The position numbers and the translations under genes were made by a program. 64,000 nt of DNA from Octopus vulgaris (taxonomy: Eukaryota). Positions within the stretch are counted from its first letter, which is position 1; each line of letters begins with the position of its first letter. The stretch lies in the NCBI GenBank assembly GCA_951406725.2, contig OX597828.1:26908001-26972000 (forward strand), given 5' to 3'. The notes under the pieces were generated by a model. It ran no database searches. It was given only the letters and a program-made list of their open reading frames with translations, and was not told the DNA's origin. Shown one piece after another: positions 24,510 to 37,583 of the stretch.

Positions 24510-25150
24510 AGGGGAAGAATTCACGAAAAAAACAAAAGACGAAGACAATTGGTGTAAAAAACAAACAGATGTATTAGTATAACGCTCGGGAATTGAAAAA
24601 GTCTTCAACGATTTGAGCCTACGCTCTTCCACAGAAAGAAACAAGGAGAGAAAAAAAAATGTGTGTAGTGGCTACCGATCTATCATGGCGAATGCCGGAC
24701 AGAAGGGTCACACAGGAGAGCTAAGAAGTAGGGGAGATAAGAAAGTAGTAGTGATCTCAAAGCGAAGGTGCGCGTGTGTGTAAGAGAGTACGTATGTGTG
24801 TGTGAAAGAGGGCTAGTGATCTTGACGTGTGTGTGTGTGTGTGTGTAGATGTGAAAATGTGGGGATGGGAATTGGTCAGTGCTGGTGTGTGAGTGGTGGT
24901 GTGTTGTGATGTGATGTGATGTGTTGTGTGGTATGGTGTAGTGTGACGTTGGGAGGTGGGGGAAGCGAGAGTGGGGAAAGCACAGGTGGGGTGTGGGTTA
25001 GGCTGAGGGTGGGGGTAGAGGTGGGGTAAGTGGGAGAGGGTGTAAAGGATGGGATGGGGTGGGATGGGAAGGATAGGGAAGGTGGAGTAGGAATGTGTAG
25101 GGGTGGGGTGGGCTTATGGGGGAGGGTTGACGATGAAGGGGGAAGTGTGT
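24510..25150 (-). mobile_element. Hammerhead-bearing short element (A6U family), long copy; degenerate motif at 24601-24640
   Basis: Minus: tcttt-CTGTGGA-a-gagcgtaggctc-aaat-cgttgaagac; core homology 24510-24692, right edge approximate. Confidence 0.7.
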
Positions 25151-25295
25151 GTGTGATCACCATTGTCATCATCATCCTCATAGAAATGTTTGTTTTCCAT
25201 ACCATTGGATGGTTTGACAGGGGCCAGCAAACCCTTAATGAGATGGTAGTTTAAACCATTGCCCTTTTGTTACTTTGGATTAACATTTTTTGCTA

Positions 25296-25672
25296 TACTC
25301 TTTACTCTTTTACTTGTTTCAGTCATTTGACTGCGGCCATGCTGGAGCACCGCCTTTAATCGAGCAAATCGACCCCGGGACTTATTCTTTGTAAGCCCGA
25401 ACCACTAAGTAACGGGGACATAAACACACCAGCATCGGTTGTCAAGCAATGCTAGGGGGACAAACACAGACACACAAACACACACACGCATATGTATATA
25501 CATATATATGACAGGCTTCTTTCAGTTTCCGTCTACCAAATCCACTCACAAGGCTTTGGTCGGCCCGAGGCTATAGTAGAAGACACTTGCCCAAGGTGCC
25601 ATGCAGTGGGACTGAACCCGGAACCATGTGGTTGGTAAACAAGCTACTTACCACACAGCCACTCCTGTGCCT
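25296..25672 (-). mobile_element. SINE family A
   Basis: Near full-length, short internal deletion. Confidence 0.92.
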
Positions 25673-27059
25673 ATGCTCCAGTTTATCTTACATAGCAGTT
25701 GTATTCTAAAACACTTTTCATGTGTCATATATACACATGATATTCATGTGTCCATGTGTTTATATATACACATTCGTACATTTCATATATATATATATCA
25801 AATAATATGGTATCATAGATACAGTACCTATTGGTTTCGCACTGGAGATTAGAAAGTAGGATGGCTATCTAATACATATGCTCTTCAGGGATGGCAGGTG
25901 ATTGCTTTTTATATATGAAGAAGGAGCAAACAATGTTGAAATATGGTTTTAGGTTTCTCTGTTCAAAGCTGACCCTACATACATTGCTATTTGAAATGGC
26001 TTTTTGTTGATACTCAGGTCTCTGAGGTTTAAAAATGAGCAACTCAGAGTATCAACTTAAACACTCAGCATGTACACACACCCGCACACACACACACACA
26101 CACACGCAGATATAAAGGGTGTGAGAGAGACACACATATGAATGGATAACTAAAGATATCTACGTAGATGTGGAAAGATTCACACACTCACACACATACG
26201 CACACACACACAAACGTTACTTTAAGCAAAGCAATTCAGTGAGGCTACAAAAAAAAAACAGACAAAAAAAAAACAAATTAAAAGAATGTAAAGTACATAC
26301 AGTAGAAAGAGAGAGAGCGAGAGAGAGAGAGAAATTTAAAATTACCTCAAAACTACCAATAAAATTTATTATTTTTTTTAAAAAAGGAAAACAACAATCA
26401 ACAGCCAAACAAACATTAAAAATAATACGCAAAACAAACAAAACATCAAAGAAATGAACCAATGATTAATCATAAATTTCTGTTGAAATGTTTGTGATAA
26501 AAGCTTATTGGCATATCTTATCCAACAGACTACTGTGTAAGTTTTCTACTGACATAAGAGGGTCTAAAACCATCAGAACCATAGTTCTTCAGATTCAAGT
26601 TATTTTAGTTGGGGGTGGAACTGGATGGGGTGGGAGAAGGAAGCACTCCTGTTCCCCAATAAAAATATTTTCATAATAATAATAATAATAATGATGATAA
26701 TAGTAATAATAATAAGAAGAATAAGAATAAGAATAAGATAGATAATAGTAATAAATTTTTTTTTTTTGAAAAAAAAACTATTTTCCTTGTATTTCATTTA
26801 GTATACATTAACAGACGTCTATGTATGTAGATGAGTATATGTCATTCTTCCCTTATTCTTGCATTTAAAGTCTTTTTTTTTCCAATAATGTTTGTAAAAA
26901 TGTTTCTCCATTCTTTTGTTATACATTGTGTATTTGTGTGTGTGTGTGTGTGTGTGTCTGGATAGATATGTGTGTAGACATGTATGTATTTGCATATACA
27001 TACATACATATATATACATATATACACACACACACACATATACATATATATATATATTT

Positions 27060-27122
<63 letters not shown>

Positions 27123-28287
27123 ACATGTGTGTGTGAGATATATGTATGAAATCAAGCCAAAAAATAATATTTTGAAAGCAATGTGTGTATATATATATAT
27201 GTGTGTGTGTGTGTGTATACATATTGTTACAAACACACACACACACACACAGTTCCATTTAATGTCATCTTTACTCTTCAGACAACCAGACAACCACTGT
27301 TGACTGCCTCTCTGTCTCCTCTTCCCTTCCTCCCTACCCCATCCTTCTACTTGAACAATAAGTACACACACACACACACACAAATATGCAAAAGACAAAA
27401 AAAAAACTGAGAAAAACATTTGGAAAAACAACTAAAAAAATATATTACCCTCTCCCAATTTTGAAGTAAATATAAGAAAATAGTGTTTAATTTTCAAACA
27501 TACATTTTGTTGTCATAAATTTCTTTTGAATGATTTAAGATTTTTGAACAAAAATGAAGACCAAAGAGAAAAAAAAAAATTCTGAAACATGAAAAACACG
27601 GCAGAAAACAATCTAAAAATAGCAGAGGGGGCTGTTGGGGAAAAAAGTAGAGGTTAAAAAAAAAAAATACCAAGGTTCACAATTCTGGTATGACCCTGGA
27701 TCTCCACCAAGCTTTATAAATGTTTTTTTTTCTATAAAAAAAAAAATTGAAGACAGATTCTCTAATTCCTACTATTAGCATAATTCTGTAAACATTTCAT
27801 TTATTTCTCTGTCTTTCTACGAATATTTACTTACATTCTTCAGTTTTGTGATCATAAAAATAAAGGAGTTTTTTTGGTGGGGAGAAGGAGGCGGTGTATT
27901 GGTTCCGTATTTCGTCTTCTGAACCTGTAAAACTTTTCTCGTTTTTGTTTTGTGATTGCGAAAAGAAAAAAAGAAGAAAAAAAAATGACTTCATATAAAG
28001 ACAACTGAGTTTAAAGTTGCAACATTAGAAGGACTGGCTGTGTGTGTGTGTGTGAGAGAGAGAGAGTGTGTGTGTGTGCTATTCTAATTCATCTGTCAAC
28101 ATTGATTGAGAAATAGTTATTACTGTAACAAGAACAGTTTGATATAAAAACCAGGATTAGTTAATCTGTTAGGGTTGTATGGGGAAAGCAGTGAAACATT
28201 TTGTGACTTTATGCATCTGTGCCATGTTTGTATGTGCAGAGAAGTGGAGAGTCATTGGTCATCTTTAGGGTTACAAGAAAGACAAAC

Positions 28288-28318
<31 letters not shown>

Positions 28319-29562
28319 CAAGGAGATAGCTTAGAAATCTCAGTCAGGTCTAAATATGGTGTTTAGGTTCAGAAATATATCATCATCATCATTGTTTGAT
28401 GCTGATAGGGATCAGATGGTTCAACAGGTTCTGAGCTAGCCTGAAGGCACTGTTGGTCTCTGATGTCTGATGTGGCTACTTTTTCTATGGTTGGATGTCC
28501 TTCCTGACATTGACCACTTACAGAGAGTACATCATCATCATCATCATCATCATCTGTGTGCATTACAAACTAGCATGGCTTATAGGGTCCAAATGGAATC
28601 TGACCAGACTGAAGACTTACTTGGTCTCTGTCAAGCTTTCTTCTGTTGTATGCCTCTCCTAACACCAACCAATTTACAGCAAATACTAAAAAATACTAAA
28701 TGCATTTTTCAAGACACCAGCAAGAGTGAGTGACCAAGTAACTTGCAAGACAAGATCCCTAGACAGATTGGGGATGCGGTATTGAGTGGGGTGGTTCTGT
28801 GCCTGGTTTTGACAGACTAAAGTATGTTAGAGGAACAGGAACAAGCACCTTGCTGTAGAGGAGAGATGAGAAATAAGGGTGTATCTTCAAGGTATAAGAG
28901 GGTGGGAAGAGAGAAAATGGGAGGAGAGAAGCAAGGATGACTGGGTGGATAGGTAGGTTTGCAAGAGTATGAAAGGAAAGTAAGAGAGAATAAGTGATGA
29001 AGACAGGATCAAAATCAGTGAATGGTGGTCATGGATGAAGGTATGAGCAAGGCTGAGTCTCAATTTGGGTGAATGTAAGGAAAATAAGAGTGGGTCATAG
29101 GGATGGAGGAGGAGGAGGTGATAGATGATAACACACAGAGAAAAACAGTGGGAGGTGTACAGAAACATATACAGCATGTCCATAAATTATCTTTACAACT
29201 CCCACAGTTTATTGTTGAGTTGTGTTGCATACAACTAGAGGAGTCTGCATGAAAGTGTTCTGATGTTTCTAAGAAAATGTTATTTGTTTTCTTATGTTTT
29301 CCTGTAAACTCTGCTGATTATCCTTATTTTACATTTATTCCTGAATTTTTAAAATTGGTTCGCCAGTCATCCGTCAAATTGTCCAACCCATGCTAGCATG
29401 GAAAGCGGACGTTAAACGATGATGATGATGATGTAAGGGTAGTTTATGGACATTGTATGTGTGTGTGTACATACACACGCGTGTAGAAAGGAGAAAACTG
29501 GAACCCAAACTGAAACTACAAATAGATTCTGAATCTGATGATGAAACATTTAAAGGACAGTG

Positions 29563-29664
<102 letters not shown>

Positions 29665-29977
29665 GCATTTGTTCAACTGTGATGGTGTTGTGGCCTGTAT
29701 TACTTCTGAAATTGCTTGTGTTTAAAAACTAAATAAAACATGCTTAAAATTAGAAGTAATGCTTATAGTTTTCAATTTTCAAAGTATTAACCTCACACAC
29801 ACATATGGGGCTGCTGGATTTATGTATGGATCAATATGGTCTGTGTCCCAGGGCCCAGGGGCTCCAAGCATTAGAGCTCTCTTTAACCCAGAGAATCCTA
29901 AAACTGGTGGTAAAAATATTTAAAAAAATGTATACTTACAGCAATGAAATAATTTGTAATTGTTTTTACTTGTTTAA

Positions 29978-30170
29978 CCCTTTAGTATTCAGGTTATTCT
30001 ATCAAACATAATGCTTATTGATTCACATTGATTTGAATTAATCATGCATTATCTCATATCTTCGAGATGTTGATGGTGTAATTACTTAATGTAGAATAAC
30101 ATTGTAGGGTAGGTGTGAGAGCCTGGATCTGGTCAGTTTGAACATAAAACAGATTAACTATTTTGGCTGG
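29978..30170 (+). mobile_element. piggyBac-type MITE, one end lost
   Basis: TTAA|ccctttagtattcag start; body homologous to 59536-59756. Confidence 0.65.
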
Positions 30171-30804
30171 TTTTTTTTATTCCTATAGATTTTTAAACTT
30201 GAGATCACTTCATTTATTGACCCCTTTTAAAATTTACGAAGCTATTAAATTTAACTGAATCCTTCAGAATCTACCAAGGTCCTTTTAAGGGCTTTTGAGG
30301 TCTCTTCAAACTCTTTGGGGCCTCTTCAAACTCTATGGGTCTCTTTCTTTTTATATTATTTCATGTCTTGAAACAACAAAATCATTGGTGGCTGCAAAAC
30401 TTATTGACCCATGTGTTCCACATGGTTTAGATTCAGCTTTGCATGCATGCACACACACACGTACACCCATTAATGTTTGATTTTATATGTAGTTCTATAT
30501 ATGTACGATTTAACATTGAATTGAACGGTCACTCAGTACTTTTGGTGGAATACATATTTATTAATTGTTTAGAAGGAAAAGTTTGACAGCAACTTCAAAG
30601 TCACTGTTTTCAAAGTTATGTATCCATACATAATTATTTAGTTAATGCATGGTGAAACTATTAACAAAGTAAAATGGAACTCAATACTTGTGAAGTGTGT
30701 GTGCATGTCCATATATATATGTATATATACTTATTTGCATCACTAAACCTATATACGTATGTATGCTTATGTATATATGTGTGTGTGTGTGTTTGACAGG
30801 AGTT

Positions 30805-31075
30805 GGCTGTGTTGAGGGCTGCACAGTCTCCAATTGTCTGACATGGTTTCTATGGCTGGATGCCTGCCCTTCCTAATGCCAACCACTTTACAGAGTGTAC
30901 GGGGTGCTTTTGCATGGCACCGACATGAGTGCTTTTATGTGGTACCGGCACCCATGAGCCCTCAAGACTAGGCTCTCTCGCAGAGAGAGGGATGTAGTAG
31001 AGGTCATGCCTGGATGCATGGACAGCCATGATTTTACTTAGCTTGACATATCTTCTCAAGTACAGTAAACCGTAC
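30805..31075 (-). mobile_element. Diverged SINE-like family B copy
   Basis: ggatgc..gcccttcctaatgccaaccactttacagagtgtac. Confidence 0.65.
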
Positions 31076-31226
31076 ATGCACACACACACACACACACACA
31101 TACACACACATACACACACATACACACACACACACACATACACACACATACACACACACAAGTGATTGGACAAAATGAAAGAAAGGGGCACTCAGCACAT
31201 TTAGTAGGAATTACATGTGTAATTGC

Positions 31227-31396
31227 TTAAAAACCATCTGATTCGGTTCCATGCTTCTTCAAATTTTGCAGGCCCCTAATTGGAGCCCAACTCATTCCAG
31301 TGTCTGATGCAGCATTCCAGAAGCCTGAAGGAGACAGGCTCCTGTTAGGGGCCTGCAAAACTCGGAGTAGCACAGAACTGAATCAAACTGTTTTAA
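31227..31396. mobile_element. Fold-back MITE with ~60-bp imperfect TIRs bounded by TTAA
   Basis: ttaaaaaccatctgattcggttcc...tgcaggcccctaattggagcc versus ggctcctgttaggggcctgca...gaactgaatcaaactgttttaa. Confidence 0.65.
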
Positions 31397-31409
31397 CTAA
31401 TATATATAT

Positions 31410-31462
<53 letters not shown>

Positions 31463-31558
31463 TTAATATTTGAGGGAATAAAATCCAAAACTTACAAGGA
31501 AAAAAAATTCAATTTAGAAATACTAAATCAAATTTCACACAATATAATATATATATGT

Positions 31559-31734
31559 AAAAAATTAGTAAAAAACCACGTTTTATCAATTCAAAATAAA
31601 CAATTAAATTACACCATCTAGAAAATTACATATAATAGAAATATTAACATTAAAATAACAATAAAATGTCAAAGATTAAGTAAATTGCAAAAAAAAAATA
31701 ATAATATTGTATATAAATTGTAGAATAACTATAC

Positions 31735-31779
<45 letters not shown>

Positions 31780-31888
31780 TGTTTTGCAATTTACTTAATC
31801 TTTGACATTTTATTGTTATTTTAATGTTAGTATTTCTATTATATGTAATTTAATTGTTCATTTTGAATTGATAAAAGGTGTTTTTTTC

Positions 31889-31896
<8 letters not shown>
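31559..31896. repeat. AT-rich inverted repeat, ~130-145-bp arms
   Basis: 31559-31706 is the reverse complement of ~31768-31896 apart from a 17-nt indel and a few substitutions. Confidence 0.9.
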
Positions 31897-31937
<41 letters not shown>

Positions 31938-33275
31938 ATATATATATATATATATGTTTGTGTGTGTGTATTTATTATTTCTGCTTCATCTGCTGTCAGA
32001 TGAAACCTGCAGCTTGCCATTGCCAGCTTTGTCTCAAGCAAACCAACCAAACTGAAATCCTAACCCATCTCACATTCAACTCAGAACACAAAGAATCCAA
32101 AAAGATAACACGAAGAATCTTCTCTCATCTGAACTTCTAACAATTATTCCATTCCAAACCTCTACTTTGCTTATCCACTGGACATGGCTATAGACACATG
32201 CATAAGTGTGGTAAGAAGTTTCGTTCTTGACCACTTGGTTGCTGAGTTCAGTCCCACCATGTGGTACCTTGCACAAATGTCTTCTATTAGGACCCTGAAT
32301 TGACCAAAGTCTTGTGAGTGGATTTGGCTGATGGAAACTGAAAGAAGCCTGTTATAGTATGTGTCTGTGTGTGTATGTGTGTGTTACTGTCTCATTGCCT
32401 TGGCTTCATGTAATTGATGGAAATGAGTGCCACCATCATGCAAGCAGTGTCCTTCATTTTATAAGGAAACTATACCATTACTTGGACACAGGTGATGGTT
32501 AACCTCACGAGAGGCCTCCATCCATAGAAAATGCACCTCAACAAATTCCATCCGACTCATACCAGCATGGGAAAGTGGGTGTTAAATGATGACAATGACA
32601 ATGATAAAACATTAAAAGATGAAGTTGACTTTGTTATGATTAGAACTCAGAATGCATGGAGCAAATATTGCAAATCATTTCTTTATGGCGCCCTAATGGT
32701 CTGCTAGTATGCCTTGGTGATTTTAATCTTTGATATTTGATTCCATATTCACTATGTTCCATCCTTCTTTAATGTCTTCCTTGTTTCATTACCGTTTTTT
32801 AATGGTCTTATCCTACCCCAGTCTCCTCTCTTTCAATACCTTATCCCCGAATCCCCCAGTGTCTCTCTTATACTTTACTTATAATTATTACCCAGAGGAG
32901 TAGTTCAGCCGACAACTCTTGGATGACGATAGATATTAACACAGCAAATTTCAAACTGAAAACACAATAAACCTAAAATCCCTCGAGAAATGTCATTCAG
33001 TTAATACGACTTTGTTAAGTAATCCCAACATCCTCAAAGATAAGGGAGAGAGAGAGAGAAATCACTGGCTTCTTTTGGTTTTCTTATTTCTCTATTGGAA
33101 CATTTTTATAGCCTTACTTGAAACCAATTTTGGATTTATAAACAATGGTGGATCTAAACATGAAGGGAATCCAATATCGGCTGCTTTGGGCCTCGCTCAG
33201 TCTCAGTGCAGTTCTCTCTGGGGTTTACAAGTACATAATTGTGTTAAAGTAGTCTCTGGTGTGTGTATGTATGTG

Positions 33276-33309
<34 letters not shown>

Positions 33310-33629
33310 TATATTCTACAGGATTTTTTGCGTCATTCTACATCCCTGTCAACAATGGATCAACATTATTTAAAATTTTTTTCCCAGAATTTTTTTCAAA
33401 TTTCTTTCAATTTATAACTAATATCAAAGAAAAATTGCACAGCTGTTTGCTCGACAAGTTTTACATATAAAATCTATGGTCCTGAGTTCAATTTCACTAT
33501 ATTAGTATCTTAACCTTGGGTAGGTGTCTTCTACTATAACCATGAGTAGACCAGTCAATATATGGCAGAGGGAAACATTGTGGGTGCCACTTCTCCATGA
33601 GTCTATGTGTGTCTATATACTCCATAGTT

Positions 33630-34075
33630 TAAGACAATGTGGGTTCCAGGTGATCTGATCACTGGAACATTCTCCTTGGGAAATTATAAGGTTGTCCCAA
33701 AAGTTCGTAGAAAGTCTTGGAAAATAATGGTCTTTATTTTGAGGAATAATTTTTGTTGTTTTTGTTAGTACTTGGCGAGTAAAAATTCAGTTTTCACAAG
33801 TGTTTACGAACTTTTGGGACAACCTAATAACATGCAGGTAATTGACGACTCCATGAACATGTGTACCTTTAACATATTTCTCAGCGAGATTCAGCATGAC
33901 TCAGACTCTGACAAAACTGACCCTTCATATTACAGGTACAGCACATTTTCACTTACTGAGTGGACTGTAGCAATGTGAAATAAGTGTCTTGCTCAAAGGC
34001 ATCGCACACCACCGATAATTGAATGCACAACCTTACAGTTGTGTGCTGACTACCGTAGCCACTTAGCTATGCATC
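33630..34075 (-). mobile_element. Diverged family D-related SINE containing a nested MITE
   Basis: Aligns to 14570-14730 (gaaattaacatgca, gagattcagcatgac) once the insert is removed. Confidence 0.65.
33687..33827. mobile_element. Tc1/mariner-type MITE (141 bp), TA TSD
   Basis: TIR aggttgtcccaaaagttcgta / tacgaacttttgggacaacct; TA on both sides. Confidence 0.88.
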
Positions 34076-34097
34076 TTCTTATATATATATGTGTGTG

Positions 34098-34151
<54 letters not shown>

Positions 34152-34195
34152 CATACACACACACATGCATACACACACACACATACATATATATA

Positions 34196-34441
34196 TAGAG
34201 AGAGAGATTATATAGGCTATATAGATAGCTAGTGAGGTAGATGGCAGTCTGGTAAAAAGTTCGTTTCCCCACTTCCGGCCACGTGTTTTTGCATTCAGTT
34301 GCATTATATTGCGTAACACCATTCACTCACTTCTTCAGATATTATAGTTTGAGTCTATATAATCTCTCTCTCTATATATGTGTGTGTGTGTGTATGTATA
34401 TATATATATATATATACACACATACACACACACACACGCAT

Positions 34442-34483
<42 letters not shown>

Positions 34484-34794
34484 GGCGTTAGGAAGGGCAT
34501 CCAGTTGTAGAAACACTGCCAGATCTGACTGGCCTGGTGCAGCCTTCGGGCTTCCCAGACCTCAGTTGAACCGTCCAACCCATGCTAGCATGGAAAGCAG
34601 ACGTTAAACGATGATGATGATGATAGAGAGAGAGAGAGAGAGAGAGAGATTATATAGACTATATAGATAGCTAGCTAGATAGATGGAGGTCTGGTAAAAA
34701 GTTCGTTTCCCCACTTCCGGCCACGTGTTTCTGCATTCAGTTGCATTATATTGCGTAACACCATTCACTCACTTCTTCAGATATTATAGTTTGA
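34196..34794. repeat. ~155-bp direct duplication (34196-34352, 34624-34794) flanking a family B copy (34483-34624, +)
   Basis: gtctggtaaaaagttcgtttccccacttccggccacgtg...atattatagtttga present twice. Confidence 0.92.
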
Positions 34795-35798
34795 ATCATT
34801 ATAAAATTATGATAAGTAAATAGTGATTCAAATTAAAATCTTGGAAAAAGTAAATGACCACTAAATTTATTGCATAAATGAAACAATAGGTGTTTCTCAC
34901 TGAAACATATGTAGCATTGATTTGACCTCACTTTTCCTCAATTAAAATTATAGTTATTCACATTTTGATGATTATAACATACCTATTTGATAAACACCCC
35001 TTGGATTGACAAAATGTTCTGTTAATGATTGACTGAATTATACCCAGTCATCATTTAGTTAATTAAAATGTGTTACCTTTATTCAAGCCCTATGCTAGCC
35101 AGGTTCCTGCATGAAGTGCTACTGAGGTATTCACCTGAATTTTGTTTATCTCCTCAGTCAGGACATATGTACCCTTTCTTTTGGAGATATATTCGATTAG
35201 CAATCAGTTTGACCCCAGATCACATGGAACCATGCTAGTGATCAAGTCACAGTTGATGGGATGAAAAGTTTGAAACCAATGTTTCGCATATTTATGGACG
35301 ACTGACCGTCCACGCTGTACTTGATATCCTTTGTTTGGTCTTGGTCCAATTCCTTCTGTGTTTGTTGTTATTTTCTCTTTCTTGATTTTTTATTATTGTT
35401 GGGCGTGATACAAAATATTAGCATATGAGGCATTTTGGCGCAGCTGTTTTGACGCCACCTGTTTCGTGTTGCTGATTCAATGCTGACTTATATGACATCA
35501 GACGTTTTATTGTTTCTCTTGCTATCCACCCCACTCTCTTTCTTTGTGTTAGAGTATGTATATGTATGTATCTGTGTGTGTGTGTGTCAGCATCTAGTTA
35601 TGTTTATATGTATGTGTAATGTCGCTCTCTATCTCTCTTCCCCTCTCTGTTTCTCGCTCTATGTTTGCGGCTATAGTATAAGACACCTAAGGGGCCACGC
35701 AATCAGACTGAATGTGGTTGGAAAGCAAAGATTGATATGCTCATAGCTTCTGCTGAAATTTGTTCCTCACACATTCACACACACACACAATACACACA

Positions 35799-35843
<45 letters not shown>

Positions 35844-36367
35844 ATGCACACCTACATATACATACCAACACATATTAAGATAGCCAAAATTTTAAATATG
35901 TTAATTTAATTCTATAAAACCAATTTTCTTTCCTTTTGAAGCACACATCAGTTTTGTTGTTGTTGTTGTTGTTGTCTTAGAATAACAAAAGTGAAGCATA
36001 ACAAACATTTGAGCATTTCTGTCCCACCACCATTGCCACCATCATTACTTCTACCTCTATGCCACTGCCTCCTCCTCCATCATCTCCCCTCCACCTCTAA
36101 CCATCACCACTATCACAAACTACTTACTTCCTACACCATCACCACCACCACCATCATCATCACTACCTTCACCACCACCTTCACTCTCACCATTATCATT
36201 TCTATTATCATCATCATCATCTCCCTCCAACACCCCCATCATCCCCACCTCCATCATCACATTCCCCATCCCCCACCACCATTCATACATCCGCTCCCTC
36301 CATCACCTCAGCTTCTACCATAAACCACCACTGCCTTCATGTTCACCACCGTCTCCACCATCCTCCT

Positions 36368-36545
36368 GAAGGCATATGGCCTAGCGATTGAGGTGTTTCA
36401 CTCACAACCACAGGATCCTGTTTTCAATTCCTGGACCAAGCAGTGTTTGTGAATAAAACATTTCATTTTAAACATTGCCCCAGTCCATTCAGCTGTAAAC
36501 GAGTAACGATGCGAAGGACTGGCATCCCATCCAGGGAGAATATAA
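36368..36545 (+). mobile_element. Old tRNA-derived SINE
   Basis: Head aggcatatggcctagcg...ttttcaattcctggacc and gactggcatcccatccaggg motif also seen in family D tails. Confidence 0.55.
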
Positions 36546-36711
36546 TCTGCAGCATCAGATGCATGGCTGACAAGTTCATTTTCCAACTACAGGGTTTTGG
36601 GTTCAGTCCTATGGCATGTCACCTTCGGCAAGTATCTTCTACTATAGACCCAAGTCAACCAAGGCTTTGTGAGTGGATGTGGAAACTGAAAGAAGCCCTC
36701 TGTGTGTATCA

Positions 36712-36935
36712 TTATCATTTGATGTCCTTTGTTCCATATGGGCATGGGTCAGACAGTTGGACATGAAATGAAGACCCAAAGGATTCCACCAGACTCCAGT
36801 GTTTATTTTGGCATGGTTTTTACAGCGGGATGCCCCTCTTAATGCGAACCACTTCACAGAGTGTACTCGGGGCCTTTTATGTGTCACCAGCACTTGTGAG
36901 GTCACTGAGTACTTGCAAGACGAGACCCCCTCGAC
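36712..36935 (-). mobile_element. Diverged SINE-like family B copy
   Basis: ggatgcccctcttaatgcgaaccacttcacagagtgtac. Confidence 0.6.
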
Positions 36936-37272
36936 TGAGTCGGGTTTAATATTGAAAGAAGTGGAATTATTAAAGTATGAGAGAGGAACAGAAATGGGTG
37001 TCTAGCATGAAAGGCGAACACATGACTTTCCCATTTAGAACGAGAGAGAGAGGTGGGGTGACACGGTGAACAGTTGGCTGTTATCTCTAGCACATTAAGA
37101 AACCTTGTGGAAGCTTCTTTTTTGGCTTATGCTATTGTTGTCAGTGATGGCGGTATTTAACCTCAAGTGAACCAAGATCAAACCAAATGGTAATTAAATG
37201 TATTCCAGTTGTGACCACCCTGTCTGGAAATACAGAGCTACATTAATCACTGTGGCTTTTCCTAAAAAAAAA

Positions 37273-37583
37273 AATCGAAATCGAAATCGATCAACATCAA
37301 TGGAAATTGCAGCTGTGATACCAGTGCTGGCGGTACGTAAGAGAACCATCCGAACGTGGCCGTTGCCAGTGCCACCCCGACTGGCCTCGTGCCGGTGGCA
37401 CGTAAAAAGCACCCGCTACACTCTCGGAGAGGTTGGCATTAGGAAGGGCATCCAGCCGTAGAAACATTGCCAGATCAGACTGGGCCTGGTGCAGCCTTCT
37501 GACTTCCCAGACCCCAGTTGAATCATCCAACCCATGCTAGCATAGAAAGCGGATGCTAAACGATGATAATGATGGTGATGATG
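37273..37583 (+). mobile_element. SINE-like family B, long copy
   Basis: atcgaaatcgatcaacatcaatggaa...ggtggcacgtaaaaagcacc...(GAT)n. Confidence 0.88.
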
